Made by a program: the position numbers and the translations under genes. A stretch of DNA of 61,813 bases, filler included. It is 4 parts of 4 records of this genome, joined end to end, with 100 filler letters (N's around TTAATTAATTAA, not from the genome) between each part and the next. Parts side by side here need not be neighbours in the genome. Positions count along the whole stretch, not along the records: positions 31,130 to 44,852 come from SRR20825019_293; 3 more parts are not named here. The stretch is one strand, 5' to 3'. Below are positions 31,130 through 39,566 of this stretch, piece by piece. The notes under the pieces were generated by a model, which was not told where the DNA came from, searched no databases, and saw only the letters and a list, made by a program, of their open reading frames with translations. The number at the start of each line of letters is the position of its first letter. Within the stretch, counting starts at the first letter, position 1.

Positions 31130-31334
31130 GACCGTCGTTTGTGGTCATCGGTTGATGGCCGTTTTTTGGATCAAAGATTGCCAATCTTTGCATGCCAATG
31201 CTCGCGGTGGCATCAGTATAGATGCCAGTATCGTCGGGGCCACGGTGGTGCATGGCCTGATTCATCCGTTTGACGCGACTTGCTCGCGCTTCTTGGGATT
31301 CAGTTGAACTGATGATTCCAGCTATGCCGCACAT
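31130..31334 (-). CDS. asnB: Asparagine synthase (glutamine-hydrolysing) family, N-terminal fragment cut by contig end
   Basis: MCGIAGI, HRGPDD.G, RLAIFD...GHQPM. Confidence 0.9.
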
Positions 31335-31497
31335 GGATCGAGAGACAGCTTCGCTTCGTCGCTTCTCGGTGAATAGCAACCGTTCGAGTGTAAAATGGAC
31401 CTGTTGGCCATGTATGCTTTTACTAAGGAATAGACCCTAGTTGGGTGAGATTTGAGAAATCTCGCGGATGACGCAACACTGTTGATAACTAAATAGT

Positions 31498-32037
31498 TTA
31501 CAAACAAATCGCTTGCGCGATTTCCTGCGCTTTCTGCCGCCCACTGAGAGATTCGATCAAGGCCAAACCGAAATCCATGGCGGTCCCTGCTCCTCGTGAG
31601 GTAAGGATGTTCCGATCGAACACGATTTTTTCATTACTGAGGATCTCCGTGAGCTCATCAGCTACCGAAAAATGTGCGGTGTAACGGTGTCCGGTGAGGA
31701 CTCCGGCGTCATGCAGCACCGTTGGGGCAGCACAGATCGCCGCGACCAATCGATCGGCGGTGTAGTATTGGTGAACGAGGTTTAGCACCATATCGCTCTT
31801 CCGAAGTTTTTCTACACCAGGGCCACCGGGGAGCAACAGGCAGTCGAAGTCGCGTTCAGGGAGCTCCGCGAGAGACGTATCTGTGTGCATCGTGAGACCG
31901 CATTTACCGGTCACATGGATTCCGTCACCGAGATGGGCGAGGATGACCTCCACATCCGCCCGCCGCAGCAGGTCGATCGGGGTGATCGCCTCGATTTCTT
32001 CAAAACCATCCGCGAGGATTGCGAGAACGCTGGGCAT
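31498..32037 (-). CDS. DJ-1/PfpI (YajL/ThiJ-like) protein
   Basis: LADGFEEIEA, LPGG.G, AAICAAP, TSRGAGT. Confidence 0.93.
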   Translation of the reverse strand: MPSVLAILADGFEEIEAITPIDLLRRADVEVILAHLGDGIHVTGKCGLTMHTDTSLAELPERDFDCLLLPGGPGVEKLRKSDMVLNLVHQYYTADRLVAAICAAPTVLHDAGVLTGHRYTAHFSVADELTEILSNEKIVFDRNILTSRGAGTAMDFGLALIESLSGRQKAQEIAQAICL

Positions 32038-32055
32038 GGGTTTGATGGATAACAC

Positions 32056-32955
32056 ATGTCTTCTTCCGCGCACCGTTTTTTTGCAAAAAAGCACTTGGTT
32101 GTTTTCGGAGCCGGCTATGTGGGCGGTGAACTGGCGCGACAGGGCTTGGAACGGGAGATGCGGGTCACCGCCTTAACCCGGAATTTGTCTCAGGCGAAGA
32201 AGCTCAAGGAAAGCGGTCTTGAAGTGATTGTCGGAGATTTGGCGACACGAGATTGGCATGCGAAGATGCCTTCCCACGTGGATTTTGTGCTCAACTCCGT
32301 GAGTTCCGGTGGCGGTGGAGTCGAGGGGTATCTGCACAGTTATGTCGATGGGATGCTCTCCGTGAGTGACTGGGCCCAATCGCGTGGCATTGGCACTTTG
32401 GTCTATACCGGAAGCACTTCCGTTTATCCCCAGAGCGATGGGACCGAAGTGGACGAATCCGCGTTGACCGGTAACGATAATGAACGGGGCGCGCGATTGA
32501 TCGAAACCGAGACGATTGTGCGGGAAATGAGTGAGGTCGGGCGTTGGTTCATTCTGCGGCTTGCGGGGATCTATGGACCGTCGCGTCATCATGTCTTGAA
32601 TCAGCTTCGTGCTGGCGGTGCGTTGCCCGGAACCGGCGAACATTGTCTCAATCTCATTCACCGCGACGATATTTGTCGTGCGATTTGGACAGTGTTCGGT
32701 GCACCCGAGGAGGTTCGTGACGAGGTGTTTAACGTCTCTGATGATACTCCGGTCACCAAGCGTGAACTGGTGCGATGGTTGGCCTCACGTCTGGATATTC
32801 CCGCGCCGGGCTTCGATCCGACATTGCCTTCTGTTCGACGCAGGACGGTTCCCGATCGGGTAATCATGAATCGAAAGCTGAAGGAGACGCTGGGCTGGCG
32901 ACCGGAGTTTCCTGATTACCGTAAGGGCTACGAAAGTATCCTGAATGCACTCTAG
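32056..32955 (+). CDS. NAD-dependent epimerase/dehydratase (atypical SDR)
   Basis: FGAGYVG, STSVY, LRLAGIYGPSR, NLIHRDDI. Confidence 0.88.
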   Translation: MSSSAHRFFAKKHLVVFGAGYVGGELARQGLEREMRVTALTRNLSQAKKLKESGLEVIVGDLATRDWHAKMPSHVDFVLNSVSSGGGGVEGYLHSYVDGMLSVSDWAQSRGIGTLVYTGSTSVYPQSDGTEVDESALTGNDNERGARLIETETIVREMSEVGRWFILRLAGIYGPSRHHVLNQLRAGGALPGTGEHCLNLIHRDDICRAIWTVFGAPEEVRDEVFNVSDDTPVTKRELVRWLASRLDIPAPGFDPTLPSVRRRTVPDRVIMNRKLKETLGWRPEFPDYRKGYESILNAL

Positions 32956-33010
32956 TCTTGCAGCCGTCAGGAGGCGCGACGCAATCTCTCATTTTTAACC
33001 CAATACTATT

Positions 33011-33319
33011 ATGGCCGGCGTAGGTAAATTACTCAAACAAGCCCAGAAAATGCAGCGCGGTGTCGAAGCCCTTCAAACGGAGCTCGACGCCAAGGAAATC
33101 GATGTCACCAGCGGTGGCGGCGCCGTGAAAATCAAAATCAACGGCAATGGAAAATTCCTTTCAATGGAGATCGATCCGGAGCTCCTCAAGGAAGATCCCA
33201 AGTTGATCTCCGAGACCGTGCTACTCGCCGTGCAGGACGCTGCGACACAGTCCAAGGAATACAATGAAGCCGAAATGCAGAAGGTAACATCCGCCTTCCA
33301 GATGCCCGGTTTCATGTGA
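33011..33319 (+). CDS. YbaB/EbfC nucleoid-associated protein
   Basis: KLLKQAQKMQ, SGGGAVKI, IDPEL; upstream of recR. Confidence 0.95.
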   Translation: MAGVGKLLKQAQKMQRGVEALQTELDAKEIDVTSGGGAVKIKINGNGKFLSMEIDPELLKEDPKLISETVLLAVQDAATQSKEYNEAEMQKVTSAFQMPGFM

Positions 33320-33366
33320 ACGTTTTTTGAAGGATCAGATAACGGACGCCACCGATTCTATATCTT

Positions 33367-33390
33367 GGAGGGACGACCTCCGCGTCGTCC
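33367..33390 (+). repeat. Single GGAG-headed REP-like hairpin
   Basis: GGAG-GGACGAC-CTCCGC-GTCGTCC between ybaB and recR. Confidence 0.55.
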
Positions 33391-33435
33391 ATATGTTAAG
33401 ATTGAACAAATCGAAACTCCCAAATCTAGAATCTG

Positions 33436-34032
33436 ATGACACCCGCATTTGAAAAACTGCAAAGGCAACTCAAGCAGTTGCCGGGGGTGGGGTATCGTTC
33501 ATCGGAACGGATGGCGTTGCATTTGCTCGTCGAGAAACCGGCGCGATTGCAGTCCTTGGTTGCCGCGATGCAGGAGGCGGCCCAAGCCGTGCATCGTTGC
33601 GAACGTTGTGGCAATTTAGCGGAAGAGGAGCTGTGCTCGATTTGCTCGGATGAGCGTCGAGACCAATCGCAGGTTTGCGTGGTGGAACACGTGCCCGACC
33701 TGGTGGCGTTGGAACGCAGCGCGGCTTATCGCGGAGGCTATCACGTGTTACACGGAAAATTATCGCCCATTCATGGGGTAGGACCGGATGATTTAAATTT
33801 CACCTCACTGATTTCCCGTCTGGTGAATGGTGAAATTAAGGAATTGATTCTCGCTCTATCCAACGATGTTGAGGGAGAGGCGACCTGCCATTATCTGACC
33901 GAACAATTGCCGACCGGACAGGAAATATCGGTGAGCCGGATCGGCTTCGGGTTGCCGAGTGGCGGCGGGGTGCTTTACGCGGATTCAGTTACGTTGAAGA
34001 GTGCGTTGGATGGGCGTCGCAATTATTCGTGA
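33436..34032 (+). CDS. recR: Recombination mediator RecR
   Basis: LPGVG, CERCGN...CSIC zinc finger, YHVLHG.LSP..G.GP, EGEAT. Confidence 0.97.
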   Translation: MTPAFEKLQRQLKQLPGVGYRSSERMALHLLVEKPARLQSLVAAMQEAAQAVHRCERCGNLAEEELCSICSDERRDQSQVCVVEHVPDLVALERSAAYRGGYHVLHGKLSPIHGVGPDDLNFTSLISRLVNGEIKELILALSNDVEGEATCHYLTEQLPTGQEISVSRIGFGLPSGGGVLYADSVTLKSALDGRRNYS

Positions 34033-34077
34033 TTGCGGGACAACTGCATATTCGTTTGTAACAAGGTTCTCCACACT

Positions 34078-34151
34078 GCGGGCGTAGTATATCGGTATTA
34101 TGTGTGCTTCCCAAGCATGAGAGGCGGGTTCGACTCCCGCCGCCCGCACCA
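34078..34151 (+). tRNA. tRNA-Gly(CCC)
   Basis: GCGGGCG/CGCCCGC acceptor stem, anticodon arm TGTGC-TTCCCAA-GCATG, GGTTCGACTCC, ends ACCA. Confidence 0.95.
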
Positions 34152-34204
34152 TGCTTCATTCAAAGAGCTACGCATGGCACGGCCAAGCCAGCCAGCTCCT
34201 TCTT

Positions 34205-36616
34205 ATGAAAGAATCCCGTCACCCGCATCCGCATAGAGACCCCCGGCAACCTCGAAACAATAGTAATGCGGGAACGAATCCCCCGGTGTTTGCCTGGAAG
34301 CCGCCCATTGGAGAGGCTGAGGTTTGGATCACCGGAACGAATCCGCCGGTGTATGAGAAGGTAGCGATCAACTCGGATGATGACTTCACTTTGACGGTGG
34401 CCCCGGATGAAGATTTTTCCCATCCGGTAATTGAAGTTAGCGGGTTGTCCGATCCGATTTATCTCCCGGTGAAACCTTTTCCTTCCGGTCGCTATTGGTG
34501 GAAATGGACGCTGGGAAAAGCGGTTTCCGAAGTCTTTGTTTTTGAGATTTGTGATTCTGCGGTAGCTCTGGAGGTGCCAGAAATCGAAGAGTGGCTGTCG
34601 CGTTTCCCGGAACAGCATCCACGTTTGCAAATCAGACCTGAAGAGATCGCTCCATGGCGTGAATCCTTGCACGCGGATCGAGCGGATGAATTAGCGCAGT
34701 TGGAGGACGAAGCTGCTGCGCTGCGGGCGCATTCTCACGAAATGCCTGAGCCCGAGTTTCTGCCTGATCGGAATGTCGATTACGCGGCGTTTTGGAAGGT
34801 TTGGTATCCCACCATGTGGGGAAGTCGTGGATTCGTGAAAGGAGCAGAGGTGCTCGCCTTGGCTTATTTGGCGACGGGGAATCAGGACTATGGGCGCGCG
34901 GCGTGCCAACGCATTCTCAGTATCTGCGAATGGGATCCGGAGGGTTCTTCGTATTTGGGGCATAACGATGAGGCGCATATGTCGGTGATCTGGAATGGTC
35001 CGGTTACCTGTGATTGGGTCTGGGATCTGTTCACTGATGAGGAACGTGAAAAGGTGATCGAACAATACCGCCGTCGCGGCGAACTGACGTTCAGTCACAT
35101 GCATGATCAGGGCTGCTATGGTATCACCCGATTTGATTCTCACGCTGGTCGTGAGATCGTGTTTTTGGCTCAGTTGGCTTTGGTCTTTCACGAACATATT
35201 CCGGCTTCTCGACAATGGTTGGAATGGCTGCGTCCAGTCCTCTGTGGTATCTGGCCGATCTGGGCGGGAGATGACGGTGCATGGGCGGAAGGGATTTCCT
35301 ACAGTAATGCCTATGTGACGATCATGAGTCGCTTTGCCTCCATTTTAAAGAAAGGAACGGGGGTGGATCTTTTTCGGCGTCCGTTCTGGAAAAACTACGT
35401 GAAGTGGAAGGAAGCGGTTTTTCCCCCTTATGCGGAATGGATAGGGTTTGGTGATCACACCGAACGTTGGGAAGCCACGTGGGTCGCCACGGCCGATCTG
35501 GCCGAATTGATCGCACGGGAAACCAACAGTCCCGAGTTTTTGCCTTATGTGAATGAGCTGCGTCGGGAAGCGCCCCTTTCCGAGAAAACGCCTCCTGAAC
35601 GGGATCTCTCCCAGGTGAATCCTTCGCTCTTTTTGGCCCCTGCGCTCAAGGAGAAGAGCGCAGAAAAAGCAAGTGGTTGTGGTGCGGTTAGTCAGGTATT
35701 CCCCGACGCCGGATGGGCTTCGGTGCGAACCGGATTGAGAGCAGGGAACGATGATGTCGCGTTCGTTTTCAGATCGTCACCTTTCGGCGCTTTCAGTCAT
35801 TCGCATGCGAATAATAACGATTTTATTATCCATGTGGGCGGTAAAATCATGGCGATGCCGACCGGTTATTATTGCGGCTACGGTTCCGCCCACCATGCGC
35901 ATTGGGTTTGGCACACCAAGGCCAATAATTGTGTCACGCTCTCCGATGCTTCGCAATTGATGCGATCATTGGAATCGCGCGGTGCGGTAGTGGCGCATTT
36001 CGAAAATGATAATCTGGCCTATTTTCAGGGGAATGCGGATCTGAGTTATCGTCTGCAGGCTCAGCGTTGTCGGCGGCATGTCGTGTTCATGAAATCACAC
36101 GGATACTTTTTGCTGGTCGATGAATTCATCGCACAACCGGAAGTGGTCTCTGCGGTGCAATGGAACATCCATTCGTGGAACACATTCACGGTCAGTGATG
36201 ATCAAAAGAGTTTTAAGATATGCCGAGGTGAGAGCACCCTGGAGGGATTTTTCCTGCACAATCATGAATCGTTTCTGACTCTGGGGGAAGGATGGGATCC
36301 GCCACCAGCCAAAGGGAAACCAAACAAGCAGTGGCACAATCAGTATCATCTGCGTTTCACTCCGACGGCTTTCCAATCCAAACGTAATCTTGGAGTCATT
36401 CTATCACCCGGCTATCCGGGGAAGACTGTTCCTAAACCTTCCCGAACACGGGAAGGTAATGCCGAGATCGCACAGGTCGGAAATGATTTGATTGCGGTGA
36501 ATCAGGGCGAAGAAATGAATTTTGAAGGTTCACCGTCCAGCGCGATTGCGGTGCTTCATACGGGCGGAGCAATTTACGAAGTGACGACCGAAGGGATTAG
36601 CCTACAGAATAATTAG
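34205..36616 (+). CDS. Heparinase II/III-like (DUF4962-type) oligosaccharide lyase
   Basis: NPPVFAW, QHPRL, DGAWAEGISY, FGD, SHSHANNNDF, HTKANNCVT; no signal peptide seen. Confidence 0.8.
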   Translation: MKESRHPHPHRDPRQPRNNSNAGTNPPVFAWKPPIGEAEVWITGTNPPVYEKVAINSDDDFTLTVAPDEDFSHPVIEVSGLSDPIYLPVKPFPSGRYWWKWTLGKAVSEVFVFEICDSAVALEVPEIEEWLSRFPEQHPRLQIRPEEIAPWRESLHADRADELAQLEDEAAALRAHSHEMPEPEFLPDRNVDYAAFWKVWYPTMWGSRGFVKGAEVLALAYLATGNQDYGRAACQRILSICEWDPEGSSYLGHNDEAHMSVIWNGPVTCDWVWDLFTDEEREKVIEQYRRRGELTFSHMHDQGCYGITRFDSHAGREIVFLAQLALVFHEHIPASRQWLEWLRPVLCGIWPIWAGDDGAWAEGISYSNAYVTIMSRFASILKKGTGVDLFRRPFWKNYVKWKEAVFPPYAEWIGFGDHTERWEATWVATADLAELIARETNSPEFLPYVNELRREAPLSEKTPPERDLSQVNPSLFLAPALKEKSAEKASGCGAVSQVFPDAGWASVRTGLRAGNDDVAFVFRSSPFGAFSHSHANNNDFIIHVGGKIMAMPTGYYCGYGSAHHAHWVWHTKANNCVTLSDASQLMRSLESRGAVVAHFENDNLAYFQGNADLSYRLQAQRCRRHVVFMKSHGYFLLVDEFIAQPEVVSAVQWNIHSWNTFTVSDDQKSFKICRGESTLEGFFLHNHESFLTLGEGWDPPPAKGKPNKQWHNQYHLRFTPTAFQSKRNLGVILSPGYPGKTVPKPSRTREGNAEIAQVGNDLIAVNQGEEMNFEGSPSSAIAVLHTGGAIYEVTTEGISLQNN

Positions 36617-36722
36617 CCCAAACTGTAGCCACGGTAATGCGAAGCCCGAAGCTTGCGTCGGTTCAGGGGCTCGTGGAAGATGAACGACGGCACGTTTGTC
36701 GTGACTATTTCTATCTCTATTT

Positions 36723-37172
36723 ATGGCTGTCTCTTCGAAGATTGTGGTGGGTTGGCGCGAATCCGTGGCGTTGCCCGATTGGGAAATTCCCGCACTCCGG
36801 GCCAAAATTGATACTGGTGCCAAGACGTCCGCGATTGATGTGGATCAAATCAAGCATTTGTCCGGTGGGCGCGTGAAATTCGATGTGGTGCTGAGCAACC
36901 TGCACCGCCGAAAAAAGAAATGGATCACCGCCAAGGTGGTCCGCGAGACAGTTGTCAGGTCGAGTAATGGCAGCCGCGAAACGCGTTATGTTGTCGCGAC
37001 TACATTGCTGCTTGGTGGTTTGGCCAGACCCGCTGAGTTTACGTTGGTGAGTCGCGAAAATATGCTCTGCCGCATGCTCATCGGCCGTTCCGCTTTGGCG
37101 CGGCACTACGTGGTGGATGCCGCCCGCACCTATTTAACACGCCCCAAGAAAACCAAACCTTCCCGCTTATGA
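36723..37172 (+). CDS. RimK-associated retropepsin-like protease (RimB-like)
   Basis: VGWRE.V.LP, AKIDTGAKTSAI, VRSSNG, FTL..R..M...MLIGR.AL. Confidence 0.9.
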   Translation: MAVSSKIVVGWRESVALPDWEIPALRAKIDTGAKTSAIDVDQIKHLSGGRVKFDVVLSNLHRRKKKWITAKVVRETVVRSSNGSRETRYVVATTLLLGGLARPAEFTLVSRENMLCRMLIGRSALARHYVVDAARTYLTRPKKTKPSRL

Positions 37173-38398
37173 AAATCGCACTCCTTTCCCGTGAACCCAA
37201 GAATTACTCCTCACGCCGACTGAAGGCGGCCGCGGTGGCTCGTGGGCACAAAATGGTGGCCCTCAATGCCATGAAACTGGGAATCCAGCTTGATGGCACC
37301 GGACCGTCTCTGGTGCAGAACGAAAAGTTACTCAGCAACTACGATGCGGTGATTCCCCGCATTGGGGCGTCGATCACGTTTTATGGGACTGCCGTTGTGC
37401 GTCAGTTTGAGCAAATGGGGGTTTATACGCTCAATCCGTCTCACGCGATTTCGGTGTCGCGGGACAAACTTCGTTCGTTGCAGATTCTCAGTCGCTACAA
37501 ACTCGGGATGCCCTCCACGGCATTTGTGAATGATCGCAAAAGTATTTTGGATGCGATCAATCGGGTGGGAGGGGCCCCCGTTATTATTAAGATGCTCGAA
37601 GGGACTCAGGGAATCGGCGTCATTCTGGCGGATACGACCAAGATCGCGGAAGCGATTGTGGAGACGCTGCAAAGCACGAAGCAAAATGTGATCATCCAGA
37701 AATTCGTAGCGGAGAGCAAAGGCAAGGACGTGCGTGCGTTTGTGATTGGAGATCGCGTCGTCGCGGCGATGCGACGCAGTGCGGTCGGGACGGAATTTCG
37801 CAGTAATGTGCATCGCGGTGGGACGACCGAGGCGATTACGTTGCCTCCTGAATACGAGGCGACTGCAGTGCGCGCGGCCCAGATTCTTGGTCTGCGAGTT
37901 GCCGGGGTGGACATGCTCGAAGGCGCCACCGGGCCACAGATCATGGAAGTGAACTCGTCGCCCGGTCTGGAAGGTATCGAAAAAGCGACGGGTCTGGATA
38001 TCGCCGGTGAGGTGATTAAGCACTTGGAGGAATGCGTGCAATTTGAGGACTTTGATATTCGCCATCGGTTGACTCTGGCCCGAGGTTACCAAGTCGCCGA
38101 ATTGCCGGTGGGGCCGGAATCGGCGTTTGTCGGTCAAACGGTTCGCGAATCGGGGCTACGTCAACAGGACATCGTGGTGTTGAGTATTCATCGCGGTGGA
38201 TTGGTGATTCCCAATCCACGTGAAGATCGTCCCATTTTGGCGGGGGATGTCTTGCTTTGCTATGGCGTGCAATCGGCGCTCCGAAATTTGCTGCCGGCAT
38301 TGCAGGCACGTCAAAATCCCGGACGCAAAGCACGTAAGACCGCCAAGGCCAAGGCTGCGCGTGAGGCGAATGCCAGCGAAGGTGAAGCTAAGAAATGA
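37169..38398 (+). CDS. rimK: RimK-family alpha-L-glutamate ligase with C-terminal TrkA-C (RCK_C) domain
   Basis: DAVIPRIGASITFYG, RDKLRSLQ, EGTQGIGV, FRSNVHRGG, EVNSSPGLEGIE; tail S.FVG..VRE..LR...VVLSIHRGG..IPNP.....I.AGD.L. Confidence 0.95.
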   Translation: MKIALLSREPKNYSSRRLKAAAVARGHKMVALNAMKLGIQLDGTGPSLVQNEKLLSNYDAVIPRIGASITFYGTAVVRQFEQMGVYTLNPSHAISVSRDKLRSLQILSRYKLGMPSTAFVNDRKSILDAINRVGGAPVIIKMLEGTQGIGVILADTTKIAEAIVETLQSTKQNVIIQKFVAESKGKDVRAFVIGDRVVAAMRRSAVGTEFRSNVHRGGTTEAITLPPEYEATAVRAAQILGLRVAGVDMLEGATGPQIMEVNSSPGLEGIEKATGLDIAGEVIKHLEECVQFEDFDIRHRLTLARGYQVAELPVGPESAFVGQTVRESGLRQQDIVVLSIHRGGLVIPNPREDRPILAGDVLLCYGVQSALRNLLPALQARQNPGRKARKTAKAKAAREANASEGEAKK

Positions 38399-39471
38399 GT
38401 TCGATTCAAAAAAACATCCGACGGCCATTAATTATCGGTGGCCGGAAAATCCCTCTTGGTAAGAATACGGATGTTCGACTCAAGGTATCAGAAACCTATT
38501 TCGGAGACGATGTTTCGGTTCACCTGCAGGTCATCCGCGCGCGGAAGCCGGGGCCGGTGGTCTTCGTTTCGGCTGCCATCCATGGCGACGAGCTAAACGG
38601 AGTCGGGGTGGTTCATGATCTGCTGTTCGATGGCGGTCTCGATCTCAAGTGTGGCAGTTTGGTGCTGGTGCCCGTGGCCAATGTTTTTGGCTTCGAAAGC
38701 AATGAACGTTATCTGCCTGATCGACGTGATCTGAATCGTTCTTTTCCAGGATCGGCCACGGGGAGTTTGGCGGCACGTCTGGCCCATGCGTTGTTCGAAA
38801 ACGTCGTTAAACAGTGCGATTTTGGCATTGATCTGCATACGGCGGCCGCGCAACGCACCAATTATCCCAATGTTCGCGGGAGGTTAACCAATCCCCAGGT
38901 TCGGCGCATAGCCGAAGCGTTTGGTTCCGAACTGATCCTGAGTGGAGCCGGGCCCGAAGGATCGTTTCGACGTGAAGCGACCAGCGCCGGATGCCCCACC
39001 ATCTGTGTGGAAGCTGGAGAACCATGGAAAATGGAGCCCGCGATGGTTCAGTTTGGGGTGCGTGGGGTGCGCAATGTATTAATCGATTTGAAGATGATTG
39101 AAGGAGATGCCGTTCGGCCGCCTTACCAGACTCAGATCACGAGCACCCGTTGGTTGCGCGCTCAACTTGGAGGTATTTTGCGTTTCCATGTCGCGCCTGG
39201 ACAAATGGTGCACAAAGGGCAGGAGATCGCCTCGAACTATACCTTGCTGGGACGGCAACGAAACATGCTCCTCGCGCCCAACGATGGAATCATTCTGGGA
39301 ATGTCCACGTTGCCGACGGTTAAACCGGGGGAACCCATTTGCCATCTGGGGCGCACTTCGATGAAAACTGCCGAGATCGAGTCCGCTCTGGCGCGTCCGG
39401 CACCGTCCGCCAAGACCGCCTTGAAAAATCGCACTCATCTTGCGACGAGTATTAATCGAGTCGCGCCTTAG
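38395..39471 (+). CDS. Succinylglutamate desuccinylase/aspartoacylase (M14) family deacylase
   Basis: AAIHGDELNG, DLNRSFPG, IDLHT, EAG. Confidence 0.92.
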   Translation: MSSIQKNIRRPLIIGGRKIPLGKNTDVRLKVSETYFGDDVSVHLQVIRARKPGPVVFVSAAIHGDELNGVGVVHDLLFDGGLDLKCGSLVLVPVANVFGFESNERYLPDRRDLNRSFPGSATGSLAARLAHALFENVVKQCDFGIDLHTAAAQRTNYPNVRGRLTNPQVRRIAEAFGSELILSGAGPEGSFRREATSAGCPTICVEAGEPWKMEPAMVQFGVRGVRNVLIDLKMIEGDAVRPPYQTQITSTRWLRAQLGGILRFHVAPGQMVHKGQEIASNYTLLGRQRNMLLAPNDGIILGMSTLPTVKPGEPICHLGRTSMKTAEIESALARPAPSAKTALKNRTHLATSINRVAP

Positions 39472-39566
39472 AAATCAGCTGCGAAACGACGCCTCAATCC
39501 AGCTGGGTGGATCGCCACACCCGACTTCGTCTGGCTCGCGATGACAGAGAAAAGCGACACCACTAC

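Noticed and set aside
34078-36700. Integrative element at tRNA-Gly
   Set aside because: No integrase and no repeated tRNA 3' end found
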